From Novakomyces olei (Eukaryota), in contig JADEYG010000009.1 in the NCBI GenBank assembly GCA_016906335.1, positions 1,426,001 to 1,490,000 on the forward strand: a stretch of 64,000 bases of DNA. The letters are read 5' to 3'. Under the pieces are notes generated by a model. That model had not been told where the DNA came from. It ran no database searches and worked only from the letters and a program-made list of their open reading frames with translations. Positions 11,077 through 24,292 of the stretch are shown here, piece by piece. The position numbers and the translations under genes were made by a program. Positions within the stretch are counted from its first letter, which is position 1. Each line of letters starts with the position of its first letter.

Positions 11077-12561
11077 ATGGCACACAAAGACTGGGTTTAT
11101 GTGGAAGACTTTGATCCTGCGCCTTGGGCGGAAGAATTTATTCGGTTTATGAATGAAGCGGTTACAGTGTACCACGGAATCGCCTATTTCACGCGTCTTT
11201 TATTAGACAATGGCTTCACTGAAGTCAGCGAACGTGCGGCTGATTGGAAGCTGGAACGAGGAGGGCGTTATTTCTACACACGTAACCAGTCTGCCCTTGT
11301 CGCTTTCATTGTAGGCGGCCGATTTGAGCCAGGAAATGGGTTTGCCTTCATTGGAGGCCACGTCGACCAGCTTACACTTAAACTAAAACCCATAAGTAAA
11401 GCTGTCTCCCATGGCTACACGCAGCTGGGAGTAGCGCCTTACGCTGGAGCCGGAGGGACTACTTGGTGGGACCGGGATTTGGGTCTGGCCGGCCGAGTGC
11501 TCGTCCGCACTGGGTCCAAGGGAGAGATTCGGCAGAAGCTGGTACGACTGGATCATGCTATCGGCAGAATTCCTACTCTTGCACCACATTTTGGCGATGC
11601 GGCCAAAGGCCCGTTCAACAAGGAGACGCAGCTCACTCCCATTATCGGGCTGGAGGCCGTCGAAACAGAGCAGGGCCTGCCACAATCCAGTAAAGGTGAA
11701 GTTAACCCTAACCCTAAAGGTCATACCCTTTTGGAGAAGCGGCACTCTGCAAAACTGTTGGCAGCAGTGGCAAAAAACGCCGGTTGTGAGGTCTCAGAAT
11801 TAGTGGATTTTGATCTTGAACTATTCATATACGAACCAGCTGCGTATATTGGCCTGGACCGTGAGTTTATTGCCGTTGCTCGCTGCGATGATAAACTGTG
11901 TTCCTTTAGCGCAATAATTGCTCTAGTGGAAGCCAGCAAGGATCAGGATTTTGTGGACAGAAGCGGTATTGTCTCCTGCACTGGTGTATTTGACAATGAA
12001 GAAGTGGGCAGCCTGTCCCGTGCCGGAGCTCGGTCGAGTATACTAAGCAATACGTTTGAACGAGTCGTGGAAGCCTTTACGCCCAGCAATCCTCTTTCTG
12101 TCCTGCAAAAGTCGTATGCTTGCTCCTTCTTCTTGTCTGCCGATGTTACGCACGCACTTAACCCTAATTTTGCGGACAAGTATGAGCCGAATATGGCGCC
12201 ACTACTGAATGTTGGGCCCGCAATATCCGTCGATGCTAATATGCGAATGACAACCGATGCTCCGAGCAAAGCAATTTGTGAATTAATCGCAGAGGCGAGC
12301 GGGAGTACGCTTCAGCTCTTCCAGATCCGAAACGGAGAGCCGAGTGGAGGAACTATTGGACCCATGCTTTCTGCTCGTACTGGAATTCGGGCTGCTGAAG
12401 TAGGGATGCCTATAATGTCGATGCACAGTGCCCGTGAACTTGTTGGAAGCCGAGACCCAGGGCTTGGGGTTCAGTACTTTGAGGGATTTTTCCGTCATTT
12501 TGAGGAAATTGCCGATAAAGTTATAGTCGACGATTTGGAGCTGCACAGTCTGGGATTGTGA
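11077..12561 (+). CDS. M18 family aminopeptidase, Ape1/Lap4-like
   Basis: GGHVD, GVAPYAG, WWDRDLGLAGRV, DNEEVGS, SADVTHA, GGTIGP and MHSARE motifs; intronless. Confidence 0.9.
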   Translation: MAHKDWVYVEDFDPAPWAEEFIRFMNEAVTVYHGIAYFTRLLLDNGFTEVSERAADWKLERGGRYFYTRNQSALVAFIVGGRFEPGNGFAFIGGHVDQLTLKLKPISKAVSHGYTQLGVAPYAGAGGTTWWDRDLGLAGRVLVRTGSKGEIRQKLVRLDHAIGRIPTLAPHFGDAAKGPFNKETQLTPIIGLEAVETEQGLPQSSKGEVNPNPKGHTLLEKRHSAKLLAAVAKNAGCEVSELVDFDLELFIYEPAAYIGLDREFIAVARCDDKLCSFSAIIALVEASKDQDFVDRSGIVSCTGVFDNEEVGSLSRAGARSSILSNTFERVVEAFTPSNPLSVLQKSYACSFFLSADVTHALNPNFADKYEPNMAPLLNVGPAISVDANMRMTTDAPSKAICELIAEASGSTLQLFQIRNGEPSGGTIGPMLSARTGIRAAEVGMPIMSMHSARELVGSRDPGLGVQYFEGFFRHFEEIADKVIVDDLELHSLGL

Positions 12562-13048
12562 TGGATTCTGTGATAGAACATTGTTCTGCTATGGGAAGTT
12601 TAACATTAAATTGTGCTTAAAAGTTCATGCTGATTGCTGTTTACAAACAGCCAACGGACTGTGTAGCGGATTCCTATGACATAACGTGAGCCTGGTCTGT
12701 GGCCTGGATTGCATGTCTTTGTGACGCTTTTTTAATACACAAAAATCTTTTTGATCTACTGTATAAGCAGCCAAGCCTACATGAATAGTCATACAGATTT
12801 CGTAAACCCTAAGCTTCTAATGTACCCTACTCTTTTGTAGCCAACCCCCTGCGACCTTGTCCTTTTGTAGCAGACTTTTCTGAAATGAGTGTATGTTAAA
12901 TACGAGTGCGCACATATACGACTTTTGGCATAGTATGAACGCTTGGGACTATAAAGCTGACATTGTATTTTGTTGCACAGGCATCCTTGCTGGCCTATTC
13001 CAATATATATTGTAGTTGCTATAAATCATACACAAACCCTTTGACTTT

Positions 13049-13230
13049 TTAACGCGAAGTTTCTCTTCGCATAATACTGCTTAGCCGGCGCAGACCACTG
13101 CTACTGCCGCCGCCACGTCCTTCCTGAGCGTTAGACTCATGATCACCGCTCCCTTCTTCACGAGTACTCGTCCGTTTCGAGCCCCAAATTCCAGAAGACC
13201 TAGACTTTGTCTTTCCCAGCAAAGGCCTTG

Positions 13231-13279
<49 letters not shown>

Positions 13280-15624
13280 GTTATTATTATTGTTCATATT
13301 AGTGTTATTATAATTGTTTATAGACGCGGTCGAAGCAGTCTCAGAGGGCAGAGTCGAGTCTGTAAGCGAACTCGAGGGCATTCGAGGCAGAACCTGTGTC
13401 TTTGACCGCAAAGCTCCACGGGAAACGGGGCTTTGAGGTGTGCTTCTCTGCCTCGTCGGAGGAGGAGACGCCAGTGTTGAATTTGCAGTGTCACTGAACG
13501 GTTTGATTGTAGAATTTGCAGCAATAATTGTAGCATTTCTGCCGGTATCGACTCGGATCCGGTTCGGCTCCGCAGCATCCTCACGGACGCTTTTCAGTTC
13601 AGTTGAGGAGTTAACCCCGTTTGTTTCAGCATTACTGCTGACGTCAATATTAGCAGCAGCCCGACCATACTCCTTGCGCCTTTGATCCGGGACGGAGGAG
13701 TAGAAGAGCACATAGGCGGTAGCCTGGCCCGGTTCGTCGCCAAAGAACCGGCGGACAAAAGCGTCAGAGACTGGGGTAACGTTTTCGTCGTCAAACAGCA
13801 TCCATCCATTCTCTGTCCTGACAACGGTGACATAGTGGCCGTGGTAAGGCCCAGAGCCAATGTGGACAACGACAGCGTATAAATCGTACAACCTGTCAGG
13901 GTCATCAGCCTCCTCTGTCGTGTTTTTCACCCGCAGCTCGTAGGGGTACTTTACGGTATGGAAGAGCTTGGCTAAACGCTGCCAATCGTCCGTGTACTTG
14001 AACCTTTTCAAGTGCAGGGCCAGTATTCGAGGCAGCCGTGCTATTTTCATCCGCTTTTCTGCCTCCTGAAGACCATGGCACTCGTCACAGTAGAACTTGT
14101 TCTTGGCACAGAGCATTTCGCTAGCGCTAAAGTTGGACAGGCAGGCAGTGACGGAGGTATTGCTCTCCAAATCTATACTCAGATCGAGGAATATCTCGTC
14201 CCTTGCCGTTACATTCTCACACGTCAAGCATTTAGTCTCAGAGGACAGAGTGCCCTCAAACAGGGAATGAACCCACTTGGAGGGATCTACTCTTTCGTCA
14301 CCACTGCCTCCGCCATTGGCCATATGGCTGTGGCCGTTTGGCTCTGCCAGGGCAACAGCTCCATGCTCCCGGTGATACGCGTCCACGTGCTCCACAACCT
14401 GGTTCAGCACATAGTTGAGAAACTCATGAGCGTCCTGGTGCATACTGGACCGGAACAGCTCGTTCTCCCTGCGCAGTACTTCGACAAACCGTTTGGGAGA
14501 GCAAGCGCCAATCTGCTCAGAGGAGGCAGTTATAGCGGTAAACATATCCTTGAGACAGGTGAAAAGTGACTCTTGCATCCCGTACTCCTCCGCATAGGAA
14601 GTGGCCAGCTCCAGCTTGAAACGTTCCAGCAGCAACTGGTCACCGTTTGCCATTATCCTCGCATTCGCTGGAGGCTGCAGGGCGTTTACTTCGGGCGGCA
14701 GACTGCTCGGGACAGTGTAGCCGGACGTCGCTATAGACATACCGGACTGAGTACCGCCCGCGGCTGCTGCACTATTCAGAACTGTGCCTGATGCGCCTCC
14801 AGACTGGCTCGCTGCTGAACTGCTGTTGTTGTTGTTGTTATTATTGTTATTATTATTATTATTGTTATTATTATTGCTGTTGCTGGCGTTAACGGCTGAA
14901 AGCGTTTGTGCAATCAATGTATTGTTACGGAGCTGTGCTTTAAGGACAGAGGGCGCTACACCTGATCGAGGCTGCTGCGCTAGAGACGGAGGCGACCGGC
15001 GAGGCGAAGGTTTCGGGTACTGCAGTACACATTCACGGAAAGGCTGGCAATAATAAAGCGCAACCAGGATGGAGTTGGCGTAGCAGGTGTTGCCATAGTT
15101 GTAAAAGCCAAAAAACTTGTCGCTTCCATCATCACGAAGCCTGACCATATTGTCTTTGCCGGCTAAGGATGCTGAGCTGCCAGCTATCGATTGATTGCCC
15201 GCTATTGAGGAGAAGCCTCCCGCAAGAGACGAGGCGGTACCATTGCCGGCACTTGCGTTTTGAGTGCCGCCGCCAAATGAGGGTGTGCTGCTACTCTTGT
15301 CCTGCCATGTTAGAATTAATGCATCTTTATCTAAAACGCAAAAGGGACAGTGAAAGCAGTATTTTAAATAAAGGCATTATGATAGAATAGAATAAAATAA
15401 AATAAAATTAAATAATATAATATAAAATAAAATAAAATAAAGAAAGTAGGATAAACTAAATAAAAGTTGCAAAATAAAAAGACTGTGTTGTTTTTTTAAA
15501 AAGTAAGAGAGAAATTTAGTGTTTTTAAAAACATGTTTGAGCAAGGATAAGAATGTCGGGAACTCAAGATGCCAGTCATGCTTAAGCTTACCGTTGATGA
15601 GGACTTCTTCCGGAAAAACGACAT
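13049..15624 (-). CDS. Ubiquitin C-terminal hydrolase, USP12/46 (CreB/Ubp9) type
   Basis: Cys box GNTCYANS, HQDAHEFLN and His box HIGSGPYHGHY. Exon 1 15624-15592 (MSFFRKKSSST) splices in frame to 15301. Two poly-Asn tracts. Confidence 0.92.
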
Positions 15625-17031
15625 GGTGATGCCACTAAAATGGAACGTAGACGCCCGATATCAAGTGTACCAGTGACGTATACTCGTACAAATTTAAAAG
15701 TGCCTGACGCGACAAAAAACGAACCTTGCAAATAAAACGAAAACAATTGCACAAGTGAAAAATACCGACCTCTCTTGAAATTCTACCTAAATCCGACCCG
15801 TCTGCAAAAAAAAAGCAAAAACAAAAACAAAACAAAAACCTTCTGCTGACAATCGCCTTTGCCCGACGATCTTTTCACGTTCACAACAATATTTTGTACT
15901 TAATTCAAAAGTCCAATAAACCCTGAAATGCGTAACACCAAAAATAGCTCCAGCAATGTTTGGAAATATCCGTCACAAGGCAAATTGGCGCGGTTCACAA
16001 AAGTACTCCGACACAAAGACCGCGATATTGAAGCCGCTTACACGAGCAAGAAGACTCGACGAGCACAGGAAGCAATAAAAGGCTATAAATTGTGGATAAT
16101 ATATAGCCGATACACCCAAATGCGAATAATATTGGGTCACAGGAACGTACACAGCGCGCTTCCAGGAACAGACTTCAGAGACAGTTCAAAGCTGAGGAAA
16201 AGCAGGTAAAGATGGACAGAATACAAACAAATTCCCCACAGTAGCAAAAGCTGTTACTAACAGCGCATGCCGGTACAGAACCCAGAGGGAGTTGAACAGT
16301 GTATATTTTTGACTAACAAAACATGGGTTAGTACACATCGGCTATTTTTTTTTCTATTTATTTGATCGATTCTTTCATGACTGTACCACGCAGACAAACT
16401 TACCCTGTCTCGCAATCTAAAAGACGCGCCTCGCAGTATCTTTGCACCAGTCTCAGACAATAAGTTTATCGAGGTTTTGGGCAACAGAGATCAGTATTCT
16501 TCTTGTGTTCTTACTCGAAGAATGATGAATGGTAGAATAATTCTTGTCGCACCGCGCTTCATTTTCCAACGGGATATGGGGGTAGTCCGGGTTTTCTGGA
16601 GTGGGCACAGGTACCTGGTATCGTGCTGTAATGTGCCTATATACTATAATGATACGTGCTGGGGAGACGCCATAAAAATATCACTATATAACAAAACACA
16701 GTATAGCCAGTATAAGCGATCCTCCCCGCATAAGCACGCATGCTCCTCGTATTTCTACACGAAACGCTAATAAAACGTGTACACTAATCATGTGCATGTG
16801 CATTACACTATACACTATACATCGTTGTCGCAGAAAGATTTGTCTCTGTATCTTTGTTTCCAACCCAAAAGAAAAATTAAGCGAAAATAAATAAATAGAT
16901 AAATAGATAGATAAATAAAGAACCGACCGATGATAGTGAGACGTGTTGGCCCATAGTATCTAAGCATGCGTCTATGGGGCAAGAGCGTGCCGTCTCAAGA
17001 GTGATGGGATATTTAAATGACATTCTTCAAA

Positions 17032-17869
17032 TCATGAAGTCCGTGCAGGCTCTGTGCTTTCAGCAGTTGCAGTAGACGGCGTTTCGGTTTTTGCTTCCTT
17101 TTCTCGAAGCTTTTGCAGCTCTTGCTCTATATCGTCCAAACGGACCTGTAGCGACTCTATGTCTCCTGCAACACCTGCCCTCCGTTCGTTGTTCTTTCGT
17201 CTTGTTCTCCAGTTTTCAAAAAGGATAAGGCCCCCAGCCACAGAGCTAGGAGTAAGCAACACTTTGACCAACAAAAATCATAGTCATAAACAGCAAAACC
17301 AAACAAAAGAAATGAAAATAGATGAATCAAGCGAAATAACGAATTCTTCGTGTAAATCAATACACTATATAAAACCTGGAATAATTTGAAATTAAATTTA
17401 ACAAATTTTAACGCCTTAATTATTTCGTACAATAAAAAGGTCTCGGACAGGAAGTTAGCACCTGATTCGACTGCTTTGGCCTCACTCAGCGGCCGTACGT
17501 GTGCCCGCCGTTTTGTTTTACCATCTTTTGGTTTCTTATTGTCATCATCGTTCTTATCTTCGTCCACCTCCTGACGCAACAAATTCATTCGCATCTTTAT
17601 CCCTCCAGAATGGATAGTTTGCGCAATGCCAATACACAAGTTCTTGAATATATCATGTTGCTTCGCCTGCACATTCATTAGCGTTTTCAATTGGCTCGAA
17701 TCCAATAATGCTCTACCTGAGTTTTGATTGCGGAGGCAATCGGTTTCGATAATGTCCTAAAAGCAGTGAGCAATTGAATCAAAAATGTTTCAACGATTGG
17801 CCGCGTAAATCGACCGAAAGAATCAAATCACCTTATGAACAATGATCCAATCTTAAAGGATACCGACAT
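17032..17869 (-). CDS. OPA3: OPA3-like mitochondrial protein
   Basis: Spliced MSVSFKIGSLFIRTLSKPIASAIKTQAKQH...VRPLSEAKAVESGANFLSETFL...VAGGLILFENWR followed by a coiled coil; 4 exons. Confidence 0.88.
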
Positions 17870-18245
17870 GATTTATAGGCGATGCGATACCTCAACCATA
17901 CTTTACAAGAGTTACGCGTGCACTGATTGCTATGTATCAACGGTTCCTGTATTAATTAATTGTAATATTCTACCTTCCATACATGTCTGCACATTATAAT
18001 ATAACTTGCTCGCAACATGGCGCAAATATACGAGGATAATGATCTCATACATTTTTTATCAAATTTGAATATATTAAAGGATAAAGGCCGTACGAACCCA
18101 AATGAAAGCTTGCTAAAAATTGAGAAAAGTTAATATACCAATCTTAATTCATAATAATTTTGTGAATAGATAATAGACAAAAATATGAATTGTCAACCAT
18201 TTTTATTATACACAAGCCGACAAGGTATACACTTTAACTTCCCCT

Positions 18246-20599
18246 CTACGACACATAGACCATTATAATCATACGCTCCCGCTCCATATCATTGATACCA
18301 ATCGGCGCAATAATCTTGCCGTGCCTTGTAAACTCTGGTTTGGCTGCGCTGACAAGCACCTCAATGCAATTCATACCCGGGCTCAATCGGGACTCGTAAG
18401 TAGATCTCAACACCTCGATTCCTCGCCGCCTTGGCGCATTAGGCGTAGTGTTCAATGATGCACTATTAGCAGCCAACTTTCGGCCGTTCACAGTGACGGT
18501 TAATTGGTGAGGCCGTGAAATGGCAAACGGAGAGATTGTGGGTGTTATGGCTATCGCACTGCGAGTGCTCGGAAATACTAGAGAGAATATTTGACTTGTG
18601 CAGTCATCTGCAGTGGGCAAAGTTAATTTGAACGGATCTTGTGCGAAACCAGTGTGCACACTAGACACTGTAACCTGTGCCACCAAACTCGAAAAGGCTG
18701 TTATTAGTATTATAACCACACAAACGTGGAATAGAGAGATTAAGTACTAGGCAATAGTGGATTAAAAAAATAAATAAACTTGGAACATTTAATATAATAT
18801 TTTGCATTTGGCATTAAACTTTCAAATAAAACAAAGAAAATAGCTGAAAACACTTACTCTTGGCCCGTTCCCACACATTTTCGTTTGTCTCTCGCTTTTG
18901 CGGTGTTGGAGTGGAAGCTCCTGGAGTAGCTCCAGCGTCAGGAGTCAGCCGTCTGCTTTCTGGCCCAGGCGTAGATGCCGATCGTATAGGCACATTGCTC
19001 TTTGGAGAAGACGCCGAACGGACAAGGGCAGTTCCAGAATTAGAGGCAGCCACAATATGACTATCACCCGTCGAATCAGAAGCTGGAGCCGTAGACTGGT
19101 TCGCAACAGGTTTTTCTGAAACTGCATTAGACCCAGTTGGTTCCGATTCTTTTCGCGGAGTTCCAGGTATTTCAACTTGTAATTGGCTTGATTTTTCGTC
19201 ACCTCTTTTTTCTGTTCCAGATCTAAGCTTGGTAGATTCTTCTCTTCCAGTGTGCCTTTTATCTAATTCTTTTACTTTGTCTTCTCCTTTATTAGCCTTT
19301 TTTTCTTCAACGTCTGACTCTTCTTCTTCTTCTTCTTCACCATCTTTAAATTCTTCTTCTTCGTCTTCTTCTGCTCCCTCGTCCTCGTCCTCCTCGTCCT
19401 CATCCTCCTCTTCGTCTTCTGCGTCCTCTCGAAGCTTGTCCTTAGTTCCATCCTCTTCTTCATCTACCTCTTCTTCCTGTTTCACGTCCCGGCCAGACCT
19501 TCTCCTAGACAAAGAAAACTTTATTTTTGAAGACGATTTATCTCCTGCTGCACGTGAGGCAGGCAACTTCAATTTGAGCGTGCTCGTCGATGGAGAATGC
19601 CGTCGATCCCGAGGCGATGAGGCCTCTTCACGACCACCGCCCTTGACTTTGAGCGTTATGGGCTTGCCCGCCTTTGTATCAATCTTGTCTCCAACCCTTT
19701 TGTGGAGAGATTTACGTAGAGCCACTGCGTCATTATAAATAGGTGAATTTTCCTCGTTAAAAGTGACAGCATTTTCAAACATGCGTTCCATATCAGCAAC
19801 AAACGGCGAAATACTTTTATTATATGCACCCGACTTGAGCCTGCGCTCCACCTGTGCCAAACTAATGGGCTCTGCGATGATTCTGTAGTATTCAGGGTAT
19901 TCCCGGCGACTTGGAAGTTCCAAAAACGCAAGAGTGCGGTTGTGCCCGTCAGAGGGCTCCGTCTTCCGTGAAAGCTGATCCAGAATACTGCGAACAAGCA
20001 CGGGAGGAGAGAGTTCGCGTTGATCAAAAGATTTAATAGCACCGGCAATAGCCTGAGCGTACCGATATATGTCGCTTTCCGGCATATTGTAGCGCTTTGC
20101 ATTGTTTACCATTTGCAAAAGATCCTGGCGAAGGTCATCCAGGCCCACATACTCGCCACGACGAATACGATCACGGATCTGCTCAAGCGACAATGGCCGT
20201 TTAATCACCTCGTAATAATCGGGATACAATTTGCGACTCGGTAGTCGCTGAAAAGGCCTTGTAACAGGCTGATCACTGACTAGTCAATATGGAATAGACG
20301 TAGCCCAAGACTTACTCTTCGTCCCGAACCGATTGAACAGCATCGAAAAGAGCCTGAAGCTCAGTAGCATCGCCCGGCTTGTCTGTCGCTGCAGCACGAG
20401 ACTCGTCGACATCAAAAGTCTTTGCGTAAAGTTAGCAACTTTTCATACACCGTCGTAAACATGATAACTCTTCGACCAGTTGATGGAAAAAAGCAGCAAA
20501 AAGGACTGTCCCACTTACCCGTACGCGTTTCCGTCGCGATTGTTCCGCAGAATGCTTATCATCGGAATCGCGTCGCGAGAGAGAATTGCGCTTGACCAT
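18246..20599 (-). CDS. Tandem-bromodomain chromatin remodelling protein, Rsc4-like
   Basis: Two bromodomains (YPDYYEVIKRPLSL..NAKRYN; YPEYYRIIAEPISL..NAVTFN), an acidic linker and a C-terminal beta-rich domain; 4 exons inferred. Confidence 0.8.
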
Positions 20600-21123
20600 T
20601 ATGGGCCTCCAAGTCGCGTCCTTGGTCAAGTAACGGCACAGGATCGGTTTTATGTACAGAATATATTTAAATCTAAATCTAAATTAAATCTAAACTAGAT
20701 TTTAAGTTAGACTTAATTAGAATTAAATTTAAACCTAAATATTTAATATGCTAATTGTACGATTTAATATTTTTTTTTATTGGAACGGGGTAAGGGTGTT
20801 CTCGGCTGCCACTAAATTAAAAAATACAGGATTTTCAGTAGAAATTTCAGTGTGGAATATGAGCAATAGTAAAACAAAAGAGATACGTCGAAATAATAAT
20901 ACTCTCTCAACGCTATTTACACATACTGCCAGCATAATCTCTAAATCAATAAGTCTTTTGCTCGAAACAAGCGTCGCCATCAGGCACAGTGGTTCTTGGC
21001 AACATCAGTCAATTTTCAGCTCGTTTTTCGTTCCGAGCGGAAGACGTTTAGTTCATTGAGAGGGCGAGAACGGGTAGTCGCGCGCGCGTGATTCTGTGTT
21101 TGTATTTTATTGTATAGACCAAA

Positions 21124-21613
21124 ATGCCGGCAGCGATGAATAAACGGCCACGGCTTCTAACAGAAGCGGAGCAAGCAAAGCTCGTAGATTTCGCAGAGCA
21201 GATCCATTACTCGCAAAGGTTCGGTTTTGGGCTGCTACCTTTATTTTGTTTACTGCTGCGTTAATTTGTTTTCATTCTTTTGTCTAAATAAGCCTGTTGC
21301 TTTTACCTTTATTTGACGCGCTAACGGGTTGAATAGGTACAGTGATGACGCTTACGAATATCGCCACGTAATCCTTCCGAAACCAATGCTCAAAGCAATC
21401 CCAAACGACTACTTTGATCCCGAGACACAGACACTCAAAATCTTACATGAAGAAGAGTGGCGCGGCCTAGGAATAACACAAGTATGAATAAAATACAAGA
21501 GTGGAAATTCTAACATTTTCTAGAGCCGGGGGTGGCAAATGTACGAAGTTCATGTGCCAGAGCCGCATATACTATTGTTTAAACGGGTCAAAGATCCAGC
21601 GCCAGAGACGTGA
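21124..21613 (+). CDS. CKS1: Cyclin-dependent kinase regulatory subunit Cks1/Suc1
   Basis: Spliced [21 protein letters not shown]...[15 protein letters not shown]...[12 protein letters not shown]; 3 exons; not in the ORF track. Confidence 0.95.
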
Positions 21614-22124
21614 TTCCATCTTTGGCGGAAAGCAATGCTGCAACAATTGGGTATAGAATTTTGTTGTTGGTGATGTATTCAAATACTTTATCTCTCTTTT
21701 GAGTGCTGCTTTGCACGATATACATGAATGCCATATGTTGTATGAGAATAGCGATATGCCTACCACGCGTAATTGATATGCTGAGACGTGACTCTAGTTC
21801 TTTTATGTAATTCGTTTAAGTGCCAATCGTAGACGGCTTCCTTGGCAAGCTAATGTAATCTTTAGACGCGGACAACGGCTTGCAGTGTGCTTGGTAGCGG
21901 TTCGGTTGAGAGACCACTATGCAAAACTCAACCTTTGCATGCACAAATTAAGATACACCTCGTACACCTTGACTACGACAGCTATACAAGGCTTTTTCCA
22001 TACATAGTTTACCACGCGAAAAAATAGACAGGTACATGTTGAATACGCAAAGAATAAGCTATAGATGCAAGGGCGAACAGTTCGGAGACTTCCCTTCACA
22101 ATATCTATCTGCACATTTCAGCCT

Positions 22125-22543
22125 CTAACGGCCTTCAAGGAACTTGCTAAGGAAATCGTCTGGCCGTTTCTGGTATGGTTCTTCCTCTGCCTGGAAATAC
22201 TTCATGACATGGTTCTTTTGCTTCCAATAGTTCATAGTCTCCTGGTACTCCTCGTGACCTTTGAATAAAAGCACATCAATGGCACGTTGATCGGCTACGA
22301 ATCGATTACGTTCAAATTCTTGTCGGATCTTGGACCGAACCAGGGCGAGAGGCAGATCCAACAGATACAGCGATGTGATTTCCGGTGCCTTTTTCAATTT
22401 TGGTAAGTAGCAAAGATCAAATAATCGCAGGCTCTTACCGCTCTTTGCCACGCTCTATAAAGGTGAACCGCACGTTTTCGTGCCTCTTCAGGCGTCCGAG
22501 AAACCGTTGTTTTAACCGCCAAATACGTTGGTTGAATCAACAT
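22125..22543 (-). CDS. NDUFA6: Complex I accessory LYR subunit B14 (NDUFA6)
   Basis: MLIQPTYLA...LYRAWQRA|APEI...KIRQEFERNR...EYQETMNYWKQ..HVMKYF...FLSKFLEGR; one coding intron. Confidence 0.92.
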
Positions 22544-22759
22544 GGCGAGTGTATGTTTTCGTCAGTTTGTATAAAGCCCGGCTACTGTTCCCGTCGTATA
22601 TCCCGGTCGGTCGACGGTGCCTAGAGCATAAGTAAGAGACCGTCTTGCAATCAATTGGTCATTTACTTTAGCTAATTTATACACTGCGTCTCTTTCCAAC
22701 AAGCCGTCCACTGTCGGCGGCTCGACGAATGATCTTTGTGGGATTTAAGCAGTTTACGG

Positions 22760-22870
22760 ATATATAATAATTGTGCTATACAATAATTGTACTATACAAT
22801 AATTAATACAATAATTGTATTTTACAATAATCTTCCTATACAATAATTGTACTATATCTAATTGCACTAT
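22760..22870. repeat. Degenerate AT-rich tandem repeat (TACAATAATTGT-like)
   Basis: Repeated ACAATAATTGTA units in the NDUFA6/CSL4 divergent spacer. Confidence 0.75.
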
Positions 22871-22923
22871 TAGACGAATAGAAATTTGACAATAATTGGC
22901 AAGTTTGTCCATGTCACGCAGGC

Positions 22924-23603
22924 ATGGCGAACGATACAGTGAGCCTGGCAGCCGGTGATTGGTGCCTGCCCGGACAGCCGCTAGTGCAGACGACCAATTC
23001 TGCTCTTTCGGCAGGGCCTGGAACACACGTTATCGCTAGCGCAGACGGAGCGCGTGTCATATGCTCAAGTGTTTGTGGGAAATGGCGACTTTACACGACT
23101 GACACTCCCTCCGTGGCAGTCAAAAGGCTCAATAGCGGAGCAACAGAGGCTTCAGTGCTTCCTCAGGTTGGATCGACTGTCCTGTGCCGCGTTGCTCGTA
23201 TTCGGCAGAAAGAGGCGAGCGTAGAGATAATTGCAGTTCATGATCGGCCGTGCAATGAGCCTTTTGCTGGTGTTATACGGTCACAGGATGTACGCGCTAC
23301 AGACCGCGATCGCGTACGCGTACACAACTGCTTTCGACCGGGCGATATTGTTCGCGCTCAAGTGGTACGTGCGCCATGGCATTTTTGTCATAGATTAACT
23401 AGAAACCTCCTACTAACGCCCCTCAGATTTCGCTTGGCGACCAAATGAATTATTATCTATCGACAGCACGTAATGACCTAGGCGTCGTATTTGCGACCAG
23501 CGTGGCTGGCGATAAAATGTTCCCGCTCGACTATGGACACATGTCGTCGGACACGGGGGATGTGGAAGAGCGCAAATGTGCAAAGCCTTTGGAGCAGTTA
23601 TAG
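22924..23603 (+). CDS. CSL4: Exosome cap subunit Csl4
   Basis: S1 domain [25 protein letters not shown], splicing to [23 protein letters not shown]...ERKCAKP. Confidence 0.93.
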
Positions 23604-23855
23604 ATACTTATAAATAAATGTGGGTATTACTGCTCGCCGTACTCGTTCAACTGTAGAAGCCTAAAGCTAGGCTCAAGCCTAAGTTTAGAAACTCAAGTGT
23701 AGAGGCTCAAGTCAAGAAGCCTAATTCTAGAAGCACAAGTCTAGAGGGCAAAGGATACAATTAATGTGCATTTAAAATAGCGCGCGCGCACCGAGTACAT
23801 TAGTATAGTGCAAAGCTACAACCCCAAGACTGGGCCGTAGGTGCCTCTATTTATA

Positions 23856-24194
23856 CTATTCTGCTTTCTTTTGCTTTGCGCCTTTAGCAGCGCCACGAAC
23901 CATCACGACGCCGAGGAACGTAGTGACCGTAGTAACGCCCAATAGCACTAACGCGACGGGTACTTTAATAGCGTACTCGCGCGGCGGGAACAGATCGTGC
24001 AGCGAATGGCCCTTGTCAACAAAAGGCTAGAGCATTAGACGAGCAGCAATGCAATACTTACTAGAACCAGCACCCATGTTGAATAGTACGCAAAGACAAC
24101 AGTGGCAAATAGAATCATGGCCAGCCCGACGACTTTTCCAGCAATTGAGGCCTGCGCCATCAGCTACACTGCACTTTTATAGCCATCTTACCAT
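23856..24194 (-). CDS. DPM2: Dolichol-phosphate mannose synthase regulatory subunit DPM2
   Basis: ATG-only first exon, then ASIAGKVVGLAMILFATVVFAYYSTWVLVL|PFVDKGHSLHDLFPPREYAIKVP; 2 TM segments; not in the ORF track. Confidence 0.92.
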
Positions 24195-24292
24195 GAATAC
24201 TGACACCTGCACTGCCGTACTCAAGCACAAAGGACCGTGCAATCGTATACTGCAGATCAATTTCCTACATTATACGTGTCTGTCTGAATATG

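Noticed and set aside
11703-11718. TAACCCTAACCCTAAA inside the aminopeptidase
   Set aside because: It encodes VNPNPK in frame and is explained by the coding sequence.
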